Shown one piece after another: positions 46,100 to 57,441 of a DNA stretch of 64,000 nucleotides. Numbering within the stretch: position 1 is the first letter of the stretch; each line of letters begins with the position of its first letter. Source of the DNA: Chloroflexota bacterium (lineage in GTDB: Bacteria > Chloroflexota > Limnocylindria > Limnocylindrales > CSP1-4). The notes under the pieces are model-generated. The model was given only the letters and a program-made list of their open reading frames with translations, ran no database searches and had not been told where the DNA came from. A program made the position numbers and the translations under genes. The DNA lies in the NCBI GenBank assembly GCA_005883615.1, contig VBEC01000019.1, positions 45,032 through 109,031 on the forward strand, read 5' to 3'.

Positions 46100-47178
46100 C
46101 AAGCTCGGGACTTCACGGGACAGAGGTGCTGGGCGCCGGCATCGCTGGGAGTTCCGGGGACGAGATCCGTGCCGCTGCGACGCGATTGGCCGGCCGGATC
46201 CACCGGACGCCGGTCGTGCGCTCCCGGCTCCTGGACCAACGGGCCGGTCGGGAGGTCTTCGTCAAAGCCGAGGCGCTCCAGCGCGGAGGCTCGCACAAGG
46301 CTCGCGGCGCGTTGAACTGGTTCGCCGCAGCGGTCGAGCGCGGCGTACCTCGGGATCGTGAAGTTGTGACGGCGAGCTCCGGCAACCATGCCCAGGCGGT
46401 GGCCCTGGCCGGACGCGAGCACGGCGTTCCAGTGACCGTCGTGATGCCCGAGACGACCAATCCCCTCAAGGTCGAGGCCACCCGCGCCTATGGAGCGACA
46501 ATCGTCCAATCGGGAGTCGACTGGTCGAACCGCGACGAAGTCGCGGACCGCCTGGTCGCCGAGACCGGTGGCCTGCGGAACCACCCCGACGACAGCGACG
46601 AGCTCGCCGGCTTCGGGACGATCGCGCTCGAGATCTCGCAGCAGGTCGACGAGATCGACGCGATCGTCGTCCCGGTCAGCAGTGGGGCCGTCATCAGCGG
46701 CGTCGCCATCGGCATGCGCGCCTTCGCGCCAGGAGTGCGGGTGGTGGGGGTCGAGCCGGCACTCGCTGCCGACGCCCAGGCATCGCTCGCGTCCGGCCGC
46801 CTGGAACGGCTGTCGGCTCCCCCAGACACGATCGCCGACGGGGCCCGGGCGCTCTCGCTGACCGTCCGGACCTTTCCACTCGTGACACGCCTGGTCGACG
46901 AGATCGTCACGGTCTCGGAGGACGAGATCCTGGCCGCGACCTGGTGGTTGTGGACCCGCGCCAAATTGCTGGTCGAGCCGACCGGCGCCCTCGCGTTCGC
47001 TGCGGCGTGCTCGGCGATGCCGTGGGCCCGGCGGGTCGTCTGCGTTGCGACCGGGGGCAACGCCGACGTGGTCGATCTGGGCCGGCGCTTTGCTGAGGCC
47101 GGCCTCGAAGCCCGCCTGGCGACCGCTGCGTCAGCCGGTCCGCCTACTCGTTCGAAGGCCGCGTGGGAGGGCGCCTGA
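46096..47178 (+). CDS. PLP-dependent threonine/serine dehydratase (fold type II)
   Basis: GGSHKARGA PLP-lysine motif. The GTG start overlaps the asparaginase stop in the pattern GTGA. Confidence 0.8.
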   Translation: MTSSGLHGTEVLGAGIAGSSGDEIRAAATRLAGRIHRTPVVRSRLLDQRAGREVFVKAEALQRGGSHKARGALNWFAAAVERGVPRDREVVTASSGNHAQAVALAGREHGVPVTVVMPETTNPLKVEATRAYGATIVQSGVDWSNRDEVADRLVAETGGLRNHPDDSDELAGFGTIALEISQQVDEIDAIVVPVSSGAVISGVAIGMRAFAPGVRVVGVEPALAADAQASLASGRLERLSAPPDTIADGARALSLTVRTFPLVTRLVDEIVTVSEDEILAATWWLWTRAKLLVEPTGALAFAAACSAMPWARRVVCVATGGNADVVDLGRRFAEAGLEARLATAASAGPPTRSKAAWEGA

Positions 47179-48248
47179 TGGTCGCCCCTGCGCCTGCCCT
47201 GCTCCCTGACGCGCCGCTGGAAGTGCTCGACGCGCAGATGCTGTTCGCTGGACCGCCCGTCCGTCGTCGCTCGGCGCCTTCGGTGGCTCGTCTCGAATCG
47301 AGCGGCAGGCTGCTCCTCGTGTTCACGCAGGTCGCCGGGCCGCGCCGCGCGAGCGAGGGCGCGCTGATGCTGACGACCTCCGACGACGGCGGCGGCACCT
47401 GGGCCGAGGCGGCTCCGCTGTATGCCTACCCGGGCTGGTTCTGCATGTCGATCGGCGGCTTGGCCCGGATCGCCGACGACCTCGTGCGGCTCTTCCTGGG
47501 CCGAATCCAGTTCGACTTCTCGCTCGCCGGGACCGAGCCGATGACCGGCTGGCACGTTTCGTCGACGTTCACCACCGATGGCGGCTCGAGCTGGGCCTCG
47601 CCCGGCCCGGAGATTCGCCTGTTCCCCACGTGGACCGAGCTCTACGGAGCCAGCAATCCCCATCGCCTTTCCGATGGCAGCCTCCTGTGGGCCGTCTCGG
47701 GCACGCTCGACCGGGACGTGCGGTGGCAATCCGGGGTCTGCTGGAGCGACCCGCGCGGCGAGCATATCGGCGAGCCCACGCTCATCGCGGCGGCTTCCGA
47801 CCGCGATTACAGCGACACCGACCTCGTGCGCCTGGACGACGGCCGGTTCCTCGCGGTCGTACGCGAACACAAGACGCTCCAGAGCGTCCAGGCGTGGTCG
47901 GCCGACGAGGGTCGAACCTGGAGCAGGCTCGAGCCGACCCCCTTCATGGCCTCGAATCCAAAGCTGTTCCGGGTGCGCTCGGGCGCGGTGGTATGCGCGT
48001 ATCGCGACGAGGATCTCGACCGCCGCGGAGTCAGCTGCAGCATCACGGAGGACGGCGGCCGGAGCTGGCGGTTCATCGGCCAGCTCTACGCTGCGCCCCA
48101 GGAGAGCGAACACCGACCCGGCGACGTGTGCGGGTACCCAGATCTGATCGGCCTCGGCGGCGACCTGGTCGGAGCGGTCCTGCACACCTATCCTTCGGTC
48201 GACGGCGTCGAACTGCAATGGCTGCGGCTCCGCGATCGGAGCGCGTAG
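47178..48248 (+). CDS. BNR/Asp-box repeat beta-propeller protein (sialidase-like, intracellular)
   Basis: Four Asp-boxes (TTSDDGGGTW, TTDGGSSW, SADEGRTW, TEDGGRSW). There is no signal peptide, and the ATG overlaps the upstream stop (TGATG). Confidence 0.8.
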   Translation: MVAPAPALLPDAPLEVLDAQMLFAGPPVRRRSAPSVARLESSGRLLLVFTQVAGPRRASEGALMLTTSDDGGGTWAEAAPLYAYPGWFCMSIGGLARIADDLVRLFLGRIQFDFSLAGTEPMTGWHVSSTFTTDGGSSWASPGPEIRLFPTWTELYGASNPHRLSDGSLLWAVSGTLDRDVRWQSGVCWSDPRGEHIGEPTLIAAASDRDYSDTDLVRLDDGRFLAVVREHKTLQSVQAWSADEGRTWSRLEPTPFMASNPKLFRVRSGAVVCAYRDEDLDRRGVSCSITEDGGRSWRFIGQLYAAPQESEHRPGDVCGYPDLIGLGGDLVGAVLHTYPSVDGVELQWLRLRDRSA

Positions 48249-48317
48249 CTCGCCGTAAGCGGGCGTGCTCGCACTTGTCGTGAGAGCGATCAGCGCCGCG
48301 GTTCCGCCGTCGATTGA

Positions 48318-49178
48318 TTGCGCGGGCTCGGCCATGGTCGTAGCTGCATGAGCGCGGACCTGCCCGCCGGGATGGCCGACCCGTTCGAGGCGAACATCGC
48401 CTCGTTACTCGCCCACTACGGGGGAATCCCCGGCGGCGAGATCGCCGACACGCCCGCGGTTCGGGTCTCGACGACGAACCAGGCCTCTCGCACCCTCAAC
48501 GCGGCGTCGGTCGCGATCCTGCCGGCGGACAAGCAGTTCCTCATCCGGACGACGATCGCGGCCACGCTCGACTTCTTCGCGCGACGCGGGCAACCATGGC
48601 GCTGGATCGTCGGATCGACGAGTCAACCGGATGGGCTGGGCGACGAGCTCGTGGCGGCCGGGCTGGTCCTCGGGGCAGAGGTGCCCACGATGAGCCTGAG
48701 CCTCGATGGACGGCTGCCGGACCCGGATGGGCCGGCTGGTCTGGACGTTCGGGAGGTAGAGGAGGCGGCGTCGTTCGAAGCCTGGATCGAAGTGCAGCGA
48801 TCGGGCCTCGAATTTCCGCCTCGCGCGGCCGAGGCCTGGGAGGCCGTCCATCGCGCGCTGGGATGGAGCCGCGGGCTGCCGCTGCGGAACTACGTCGGTC
48901 TCATCGGCGACCGGCCCGTAGGAGCCGCTGCGCTGTACCTGGGTGGCGTGGCCGGAGGCGAGGACGTCGCCGGGATCTACAACGTGGCCACGATCCCGGA
49001 GGCTCGCGGCATGGGCATCGCCCGGGCGCTCACGCTGGCGGCGCTACGCGATGGTCAGGCAGCCGGCCGCCACGTCGCCTCGCTGGGTTCCTCGCCGATG
49101 GGACTGTCGGTCTACCATCGGCTTGGCTTCGTGGAAGTCGGCCGGTTGCGCTGGTACACCACCCCCGAATGGCGCTGA
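48318..49178 (+). CDS. GNAT family N-acetyltransferase
   Basis: The C-terminal half carries the acetyl-CoA binding motif (ARGMGIARALTLAAL). An alternative start is at 48348. Confidence 0.7.
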   Translation: MRGLGHGRSCMSADLPAGMADPFEANIASLLAHYGGIPGGEIADTPAVRVSTTNQASRTLNAASVAILPADKQFLIRTTIAATLDFFARRGQPWRWIVGSTSQPDGLGDELVAAGLVLGAEVPTMSLSLDGRLPDPDGPAGLDVREVEEAASFEAWIEVQRSGLEFPPRAAEAWEAVHRALGWSRGLPLRNYVGLIGDRPVGAAALYLGGVAGGEDVAGIYNVATIPEARGMGIARALTLAALRDGQAAGRHVASLGSSPMGLSVYHRLGFVEVGRLRWYTTPEWR

Positions 49179-49253
49179 GAGCGGCGACGACCCTGCTTTC
49201 ACAACAAAAGCCGGTGCGATAATCGCGGGGCAACGGTCGCCCAGGAGGTGCAG

Positions 49254-49982
49254 GTGGCGTCAGCCCGTCCGGCTTTCTCGCCTGCTCCCCGGCGGGTGCT
49301 TCGCCACGACGTTCTCGACAGCCTTCACGCTCGCATCCTGAACGGACAGTTGCCGCCGGGTACCAGGCTCCTCGAGGTGGGGCTCTCCCAACGACTGGGT
49401 GTGAGCCGCGGCCCCGTTCGAGAAGCGATCCGTCAGCTGGAGCAGCAGGGGCTGGTCGAGTTTTTCCCCCACCGTGGGGCAATCGTCGTCGGGGTAGCCG
49501 ACGACGAGGTCGGCCCGATCTACGACGTCCGAGCCGTGCTGGAAGCGAGAGCCTTCGCTCGAGCCGCGAGATCGGTGACGCCCGCCGACATCGCCGAGCT
49601 CAACGCCTTGATCGACGCGATGGTCCGGGCCCTCGACCGGCGCGACTACGGTTCGATCGTGGACCTCGATCTCGCATTCCACGGCCGAGTCGTCGCGCTG
49701 TCCGGCTTCCGGCTCCTCCGGCAGGTTTGGGCCAGCATCGACAGCCTCGTTCGGGGCCAGACCCGGCTCGACCTCGACAGCAGCACGACCCCGGACGAAC
49801 GCGATGCTCGTTTCCGGAAGCCCGCGCTTTCTCATCGGGAGCTGGTGGACGGGCTGAGCTCGGGGCGGCCTTCGCTCGCCGCGAATGCCGCCCGCCGGCA
49901 CATCCAGGACGCAAGCGGCCGCCTGCGCCGTGCCGGTCGCCAGGCGCCCCAACGCAGTGATAGGTCGCGGGTCAGCCGCTGA
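49254..49982 (+). CDS. GntR family transcriptional regulator (FadR/FCD subfamily)
   Basis: An N-terminal wHTH (LPPGTRLLEVGLSQRLGVSRGPVREAIRQLEQQGLV) with a C-terminal all-helical FCD-like domain. AGGAGG lies 5 nt before a GTG start. Confidence 0.85.
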   Translation: MASARPAFSPAPRRVLRHDVLDSLHARILNGQLPPGTRLLEVGLSQRLGVSRGPVREAIRQLEQQGLVEFFPHRGAIVVGVADDEVGPIYDVRAVLEARAFARAARSVTPADIAELNALIDAMVRALDRRDYGSIVDLDLAFHGRVVALSGFRLLRQVWASIDSLVRGQTRLDLDSSTTPDERDARFRKPALSHRELVDGLSSGRPSLAANAARRHIQDASGRLRRAGRQAPQRSDRSRVSR

Positions 49983-51078
49983 GGCGAAGTCGCGCGAAGC
50001 GAATGCCCTGACCGGATGGTTGGACGCACCAGAACGTCAGCAAGAGGTCTCCGTTCCGCAGCACGGCAAGCGCCGGTTCGCCGAATGCGAAGTCGCGCCA
50101 GGCGTCGTGATCGGCTGAATCGCCCGTCTGGAGCGGCGTATCGGCCCGCCAGGCCATCTCGTCTGCCAGCACGTTGAACGCTTCGTCGTCCGGCCGCGCC
50201 AGTGCAACGCGGACGCCGGCCGGCGACCGGACGCGCTGGTTATACGCGAAGGCCACGCGGCCGTCAGTTATAACGGCGAGGCTGCCCGCCTGGCCGCCGA
50301 TCCCGGTGGATCGGGTCGGCGTCCAGGTCCTGCCGCCATCGTGCGAGATCGCGTAGGCGTCTGGATAATCGCGCCCGGACCGCAGGTCCATATGCCACGC
50401 CTCGCCAAGCAACCTGCCGTCCAGGAGCTCGACAAGCCAGGATTCTGCTGCGCCGCTTTCGGGCTCATCGAAGTGCAACATCGTGCCGCTGCGCCACCTT
50501 CCGCCGCGGTCGTCGCTGGCCACCACCACGACGCGGTCGCGAGCGACGATCTGACCTCGCTCGAAGGTCGGATACGGGCAGTAGCAGGCCAGCCACCGGC
50601 CTGCGCGGGTCACGCACATGGGCCCGGCGGCCTCGGCGGCTTCGCGGCCGGCCATCGGAATGGGTGTTGGCTCCGACCAGGTCGTGCCACCGTCGATCGA
50701 CTCGGCCCACACAAGGCGGTTCGCCTTGAGGCCTTGGGTTTCCTCCGACCAGAACGACTCGCCCGGGTCGTCGATCGGAGTGGCCGTTCCGAACAGGAAC
50801 AGCGTGCCATCGGGCCCTCGGCTCAAGGAACAGAAGATCGATTCGCGACTGACCCGGTCAGGCCACACCACTCGCGGCTGCGTCCAGTTCCGGCCGCCGT
50901 CGTCTGATCCGGCCAGCACCGTGGTGAAGGCATTCACGCCCAGAGCAGGCTGGACCATGAAGCTGCACAGGAGGCGACCATCGGCTGTCACGACAGGGCG
51001 GGGTCCCGCAGCAACCGCCGTGGCGGTGCCCTGCTCACGGCGGGAGACGAACCCCTCGTCGACGACCTCGAGTCGCAC
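49972..51078 (-). CDS. BNR/Asp-box repeat beta-propeller protein (sialidase-like, intracellular)
   Basis: Asp-boxes SDDGGRNW, SIDGGTTW, SDDRGGRW and SHDGGRTW. It is a paralog of 47178 and 58529. Confidence 0.8.
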   Translation of the reverse strand: MRLEVVDEGFVSRREQGTATAVAAGPRPVVTADGRLLCSFMVQPALGVNAFTTVLAGSDDGGRNWTQPRVVWPDRVSRESIFCSLSRGPDGTLFLFGTATPIDDPGESFWSEETQGLKANRLVWAESIDGGTTWSEPTPIPMAGREAAEAAGPMCVTRAGRWLACYCPYPTFERGQIVARDRVVVVASDDRGGRWRSGTMLHFDEPESGAAESWLVELLDGRLLGEAWHMDLRSGRDYPDAYAISHDGGRTWTPTRSTGIGGQAGSLAVITDGRVAFAYNQRVRSPAGVRVALARPDDEAFNVLADEMAWRADTPLQTGDSADHDAWRDFAFGEPALAVLRNGDLLLTFWCVQPSGQGIRFARLRLSG

Positions 51079-51125
51079 GGCTCAGGACGATGCCCAGCGG
51101 GCTGCCTGAGCTCCCGCCGTGCTCG

Positions 51126-52076
51126 TCAACTGACCGGTGGCGTCCGGCCATCAAGCGCCGGCTGCGCGAGCCACTCCGCGTAGGACTCGAGCGCCTGGCG
51201 GCACGCTCGGTAATCGGCGTCGTCGAAACTCTGGTACGGCGGCAGGAGCCTGAGCGGGAAATCCTCGAGCATGCCCAGCTTGACGAGCATCTTGTCGAAC
51301 GCGCCGTCCATGTGCGGGCCTGGCCGCACGGGCTTCCACAGGTCTGTATTCAGACGTTGGAACTCAGTCTGGAGCTGGAACAGCCGCCCCACGTCTCGGC
51401 GTCGGCCAGCCCCGAAATACTCCCATGTCCGTTCCGGAGTCAGCTCGCCATACGACGATAGCAGCGAACACTCGCCGAACATCGAGCCATGAGCGAAATT
51501 CCCCTCGCCCATGAAGTGCTGCAATTCACCCGCTGTTCGAACCAGGTCTTCACCCGAATCAAGGCCGCCGCCCGTCGTCTTCGTCGCGACCAGGTTTGGG
51601 ACGACTTGGATGATGCGCGCGTAGTCCGCACCACGAAGCACGCGCTTGGTGCGCGGCAGGTTGTAATTGAGGAAGGCCGAGTCGGGGAAGGCGCCGCAGA
51701 CGTCGCCGAAGAAGCGCAGCAGCTCGTCGTCGTTCAGCGGGCCCCAGGACGGCAGGGAGATCTGGAAAGCGCGAAACCCCGCATCGTGGGCGATTCGCAG
51801 ACGCTCGACGATCGCCGGCGTCGAGAGTCCAATCACGCCGACCATGGCGCTGACGCCGGGCTGGGCGGTCGCCTCCCGGAAGACGCCTACGACACGCTCG
51901 AAGCGCGCGGTGTCGACGGCATATCCTTCGCCACCTGTCCCGAAGACGTAGACGTGGCGGAAGCCCGCGGCGAGGACGAGCCGAACTTCCTCTCGGAATA
52001 GCTCCTCGTTCATCGCGTACGATTCGTCCCACGGCACGGGGCAGGAGACGAGAACTGCCTGCGGATAGCGCGGCAT
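51126..52076 (-). CDS. DHDPS/DapA/NanA family lyase or dehydratase (paralog of 17152-18042)
   Basis: GTGGEGYAV and VIGLS motifs. I infer a start at MPRYPQAVLVSCPVPWD. Confidence 0.8.
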   Translation of the reverse strand: MPRYPQAVLVSCPVPWDESYAMNEELFREEVRLVLAAGFRHVYVFGTGGEGYAVDTARFERVVGVFREATAQPGVSAMVGVIGLSTPAIVERLRIAHDAGFRAFQISLPSWGPLNDDELLRFFGDVCGAFPDSAFLNYNLPRTKRVLRGADYARIIQVVPNLVATKTTGGGLDSGEDLVRTAGELQHFMGEGNFAHGSMFGECSLLSSYGELTPERTWEYFGAGRRRDVGRLFQLQTEFQRLNTDLWKPVRPGPHMDGAFDKMLVKLGMLEDFPLRLLPPYQSFDDADYRACRQALESYAEWLAQPALDGRTPPVS

Positions 52077-52180
52077 CAGCCGGAGGACATGGTCTGGGCG
52101 GGCATGATCACCTCGATCTGAAGCGGATTGCGCGACCGGTCGAGGTGCTGTCAGGCGCGCAGCCCGCACCGCTGCGCCGT

Positions 52181-52194
52181 GGATTGTAGACAAT
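52181..52194. promoter_or_regulatory. near-palindrome GATTGTAGACAATC (one central mismatch versus GATTGTCGACAATC) in the DapA-like/enolase divergent promoter
   Basis: Read directly in the sequence, 5 nt upstream of the enolase ATG. Confidence 0.45.
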
Positions 52195-52198
52195 CGAC

Positions 52199-53431
52199 AT
52201 GGCGCCGGACAAGGCCGAACTGGTCGCCCGCATCGCTCAGACGAGAAGGCGCCCGGTAGTGGCGACGAAGTCGCAGGGCTCCGCTGGCGCCAGCGTCACC
52301 GGCCCGGAGGCTTCCGCGAATGGCGCCGGCGACGAGATCGCCGCGATTGACGTCTTCGTGCTTCGCCATCGGCTGGCGCGGATTCGGATCTATGCCGTCG
52401 CGGCCCACTGGGATCGCGCGTCCGTCCTCGTCCGAGCGACCGATCGTGACGGTCGCGCCGGCTGGGGCGAGACGTATCTCGCGCCCGGAGTGGTCGCAAC
52501 CGTCCGGGACGTCGCGGCAGCCCTCATCGGGCGCCGACCGGTCGCCCGCGCGTTGTGGGCTGAGATGCGATGGGCGTCGTCCAATTCGTGGGCCATATCG
52601 GCGTTGTCCCTCGCGATCGACGACCTGCATGCCCGTCAGCGCGGCATCCCGTTGAGCGGTCTATACGGCGGTCCAGTGCGGGAGTCGGTGCCCGCGTACG
52701 CGTCGAGCACTGGCTACGTGGAAGACCGGCCCCTCGTTGACGCGTGGCTGGACGAGGCCGACGCGCTCTGGGCTGAAGGTTTCCGCGCGTTCAAGCTTCG
52801 GATCGGGCGCTGCCCGCCATCGGACGAGCTAGCGGCCATCGCCCGCCTGCGCTCCGAAAGGCCCGACCTCGAGGTGATGGCAGACGCCAACGCCGCCTAC
52901 ACGTTTTCGCAGGCGCTCGAGGTCGGCCGAGAGCTCGGCGGCCTGGGTCTTGGCTGGTTCGAGGAGCCCCTGCCCCAGACGGGCTATGCCGAGTACCCGC
53001 GGCTCGCCGCTGCCCTGGAGATCGACCTCGCGGGTGGCGAGCTGATCGAGACGCGGCGTCAGGCGGGCGAGTTGCTTGCGCTGCGCGCTTTCGACATCGT
53101 CCAGCCCGACGTCTCGATCTGCGGCGGCCTGGCTGAGGCGAGGTTCATCGCCGAGCTGGCGGCCATCGAGGGTATTCGCTGCGTACCCCATACATGCAAC
53201 GGGGCAATTGCCCTTGCTGCCACCCTGCAGCTGCTGTCTGTCCTGCCGCCCGACACACGGTCGCCGGCGTCGACCGAACCAGCCCTCGAATACGATGCCG
53301 GGGAGAACCCGCTGCGCACCGACCTGCTGACCACGCGGTTCGTCGTCCAGGACGGCCGAGTGGCGATCCCGGACGGGCCGGGTCTTGGCGTCGATGTCGA
53401 CCCCGCGGCCCTGGACCGCTATGCGGTCTGA
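52199..53431 (+). CDS. enolase superfamily (MR/MLE; glucarate/galactarate-type acid-sugar dehydratase-like) enzyme
   Basis: AIDVFVL, KLRIG, MADANAAYT, FEEP and DIVQPD motifs. Confidence 0.85.
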   Translation: MAPDKAELVARIAQTRRRPVVATKSQGSAGASVTGPEASANGAGDEIAAIDVFVLRHRLARIRIYAVAAHWDRASVLVRATDRDGRAGWGETYLAPGVVATVRDVAAALIGRRPVARALWAEMRWASSNSWAISALSLAIDDLHARQRGIPLSGLYGGPVRESVPAYASSTGYVEDRPLVDAWLDEADALWAEGFRAFKLRIGRCPPSDELAAIARLRSERPDLEVMADANAAYTFSQALEVGRELGGLGLGWFEEPLPQTGYAEYPRLAAALEIDLAGGELIETRRQAGELLALRAFDIVQPDVSICGGLAEARFIAELAAIEGIRCVPHTCNGAIALAATLQLLSVLPPDTRSPASTEPALEYDAGENPLRTDLLTTRFVVQDGRVAIPDGPGLGVDVDPAALDRYAV

Positions 53432-54408
53432 TCGACCGCCGTCGAGGGAATCCGACCCGAAGATTCGAGCATCTGGAGCACGATCTCCCCGGCCATTCTC
53501 CTGAGGTCCTCGCGCGCCTCCCGCGAGAGAGCCGCGATGTGCGGCGTCTGGATAACGTTGGGCAGTCCCGCGAGCGGGTCGGCGCCTTTGGCCGGCGGTT
53601 CTGGCGATCGGACGTCGAGCGCGGCCAATCCGACCCGACCCGAACCAAGCGCCTCGGCGAGGGCGGCCTCGTCGATGAGAGCGCCGCGCGCGACGTTGAC
53701 CAGGATCACTCCGGGCCGCAACTGCGCAAACTCATTCCAGCCCAGCAGCCCGCGTGATCCGTCATTCAGGGAGGCACACAGCACGAGCGCGTCGGCCTGA
53801 CCGAGGAGATCGGGCAACGGCACGAGCTCGATCTCAGGGTCCTCGGTCGAGCTGATGTACGGGTCGAATGCGATCGTCCGAAATCCGAACGCGCGAGCCT
53901 TGCGAGCGACCTTGCTACCGATCCGGCCAGCGCCGAGGATGCCGAGGGTCTGTCCACGCAATCGGCGGATGGATTCGTTCTCCGGCCTGCCAACGACGTC
54001 CCACTGACCAGAGGCGGCCAGCTCGGCGAAGGCTGTGAGTCGGCGCTCCGCGGCCAGCAGCAGCGCGAGCGCATGGTCGGAGACCTCCTCCGTGCAGTAG
54101 TCGGGCACGTTTCGAACCGGGATGCCGGCCACTGCCGCGGCCGCCCCATCGACCTTGTCCATGCCGATGCTGTAGCACAGAATTCCGATGCAGCGGCGAA
54201 GCGTCCGGATCGTGGGACCATCAAGAGGCCGGATGCCGGTTACGATGACGACATCCGCGTCGCGGATCTCCTGGCGCGTGGCCACGGGCCCCGACGGGAG
54301 CACCAATTCGACGCGCCGCGCCGCGAGGATGCCGGCCTCGACGTCGTATGACCATTCCTCAGGCGGGATCGGATCGAACACGACCACACGAACCGGTTCG
54401 CCCGGCAT
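53419..54408 (-). CDS. D-isomer-specific 2-hydroxyacid dehydrogenase family protein
   Basis: GILGAGRIGSKVARKA NAD motif. I take the start at MPGEPVRVVVF. Confidence 0.8.
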   Translation of the reverse strand: MPGEPVRVVVFDPIPPEEWSYDVEAGILAARRVELVLPSGPVATRQEIRDADVVIVTGIRPLDGPTIRTLRRCIGILCYSIGMDKVDGAAAAVAGIPVRNVPDYCTEEVSDHALALLLAAERRLTAFAELAASGQWDVVGRPENESIRRLRGQTLGILGAGRIGSKVARKARAFGFRTIAFDPYISSTEDPEIELVPLPDLLGQADALVLCASLNDGSRGLLGWNEFAQLRPGVILVNVARGALIDEAALAEALGSGRVGLAALDVRSPEPPAKGADPLAGLPNVIQTPHIAALSREAREDLRRMAGEIVLQMLESSGRIPSTAVDQTA

Positions 54409-54670
54409 GCCCGGGTGCCCCTGACTTCGAACCGCCGAGGTCACTCGCCCGCTGACCGGCTGCCGGCGGCCAACCCGTCGACCGAGTGAGTCGCGGTGGG
54501 CTCGGGTACGCCTGGGCGGCGCCGTTGGGCAGTCCGCCTGAAGCTCTTCGCCGGACTTAACGAAACTCCGCCCGGCATCACGGCCTTGGCGTGCGCGGCC
54601 GGATCGGTCGATCGTCGCAAAGTCCGCCTGACACGGTTGACGCACATGGCGCGCTGGGCCGGGCCACCGT

Positions 54671-54690
54671 GTACATTGTCGACAATCTAC
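54671..54690. promoter_or_regulatory. operator-like site GTACATTGTCGACAATCTAC (12-bp perfect palindromic core) upstream of the aldehyde dehydrogenase gene
   Basis: Read directly in the sequence. A half-site CTACATTGTCGAG follows at about 54793-54805. Confidence 0.55.
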
Positions 54691-54829
54691 GTTGCCCCCC
54701 ATCGAGCGTCAAGGCGCGTACTGACCACGAAACGTCCCCCGTGCCGTAACGCCACCAGGGGGCCGTACCCCGGCTCGGGAACTCGCGGGCTTCTACATTG
54801 TCGAGACGTTGTGCATGCGGAGGTGTCGA

Positions 54830-56301
<1,472 letters not shown>

Positions 56302-56311
<10 letters not shown>

Positions 56312-57441
56312 CGCCGGCGTCCGGCAATCCCGCCTTGAAGGGCGCCCCCCCAGACCCTCTGGCCGACATCCGCTCCTTGTTTTCGCCGGCTCCCGGATTG
56401 GTCTACCTCGATACGGCCACGTACGGTCTGCCACCCCGGCCCACGGTCGAGGCACTGCGGCGGTTCATTGCTGCCTGGTCCGACGGCACGGGCGACTGGA
56501 TCGCCGACTGGGACCAGCCGTCCGATCGCTGCCGCACGGACTTCGCAGACCTGATCGGAGCTCGCCCGGCCGACATCGCCGGGATCCCGGCTGCCTCCGT
56601 CGGCGTCGGCGTCGTCACGTCCGCCCTCCAGCCGGGCGACGAGATCGTGGTCCCCGAGGATGAGTTCACGTCAACGCTCTTTCCCCTGCTCGTCGCAAGC
56701 CGCCGGGGCTGCCGAATCCACGAAGTACCGTTCGAACGACTGGCAGATGAGGTGTCGCCCCACACCCGCCTGGTTGCAACCAGCCTCGTTCAGATGCAGA
56801 CCGGTCGGACCGCCGACCTGCGGGCCATCTGCGACGCCGCCGAACGGGTCGGTGCCAGCGTCCTGATCGACGCCACGCAGGGCATCCCATTCGTCGATGT
56901 CTCGAGCCTGATCGGCCGGATCGATTACATGGTCTGCGCTGCGTACAAGCATCTCCTGTGCCCGCGGGGCGTCGCCTTTCTCTACGTGCGTGAGGATCAT
57001 TGGGAGGAACTGGCGCCGCACAACGCGAACTGGCGATCGGCTGACTCGCCGTACGCGCGCTACTTCGGCGGTCCGCTCACGCTGGCAGCCGACGCGGCAC
57101 GGTTCGACGTGTCACGTGGCTGGATGGCCTGGGTCGGGGCGATCGAGTCGCTCCGCCTGCTGCTCGAGTGGCGATCCGAAGGGGCATTCGACGAGGTTCG
57201 CGCGCTGGCGCGGGCGCTCGGCGAGGGGCTCGGCGTCGATCCCCCCAATGCCTCGTTGGTCTGCGTCCCGATCGACGACGCCGAGGGTGTCCGCCAGGAA
57301 CTGGGCAGAGCCGGCGTAAAGGCTGCGGTACGCGGAACCGGAATTCGCTTCGCCGTCCACGTGTACAACTCCCCGGCGGACGTCGAGGCCGCCATCCGAG
57401 CGGTCGAGCCGTTCGTCCGACAGGGCGCCGCGCGCGCGTGA
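56302..57441 (+). CDS. class V aminotransferase-fold PLP-dependent enzyme
   Basis: The AAYKHLLCPRG PLP-lysine region is present, and the gene overlaps the ALDH gene by 10 nt. Confidence 0.85.
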
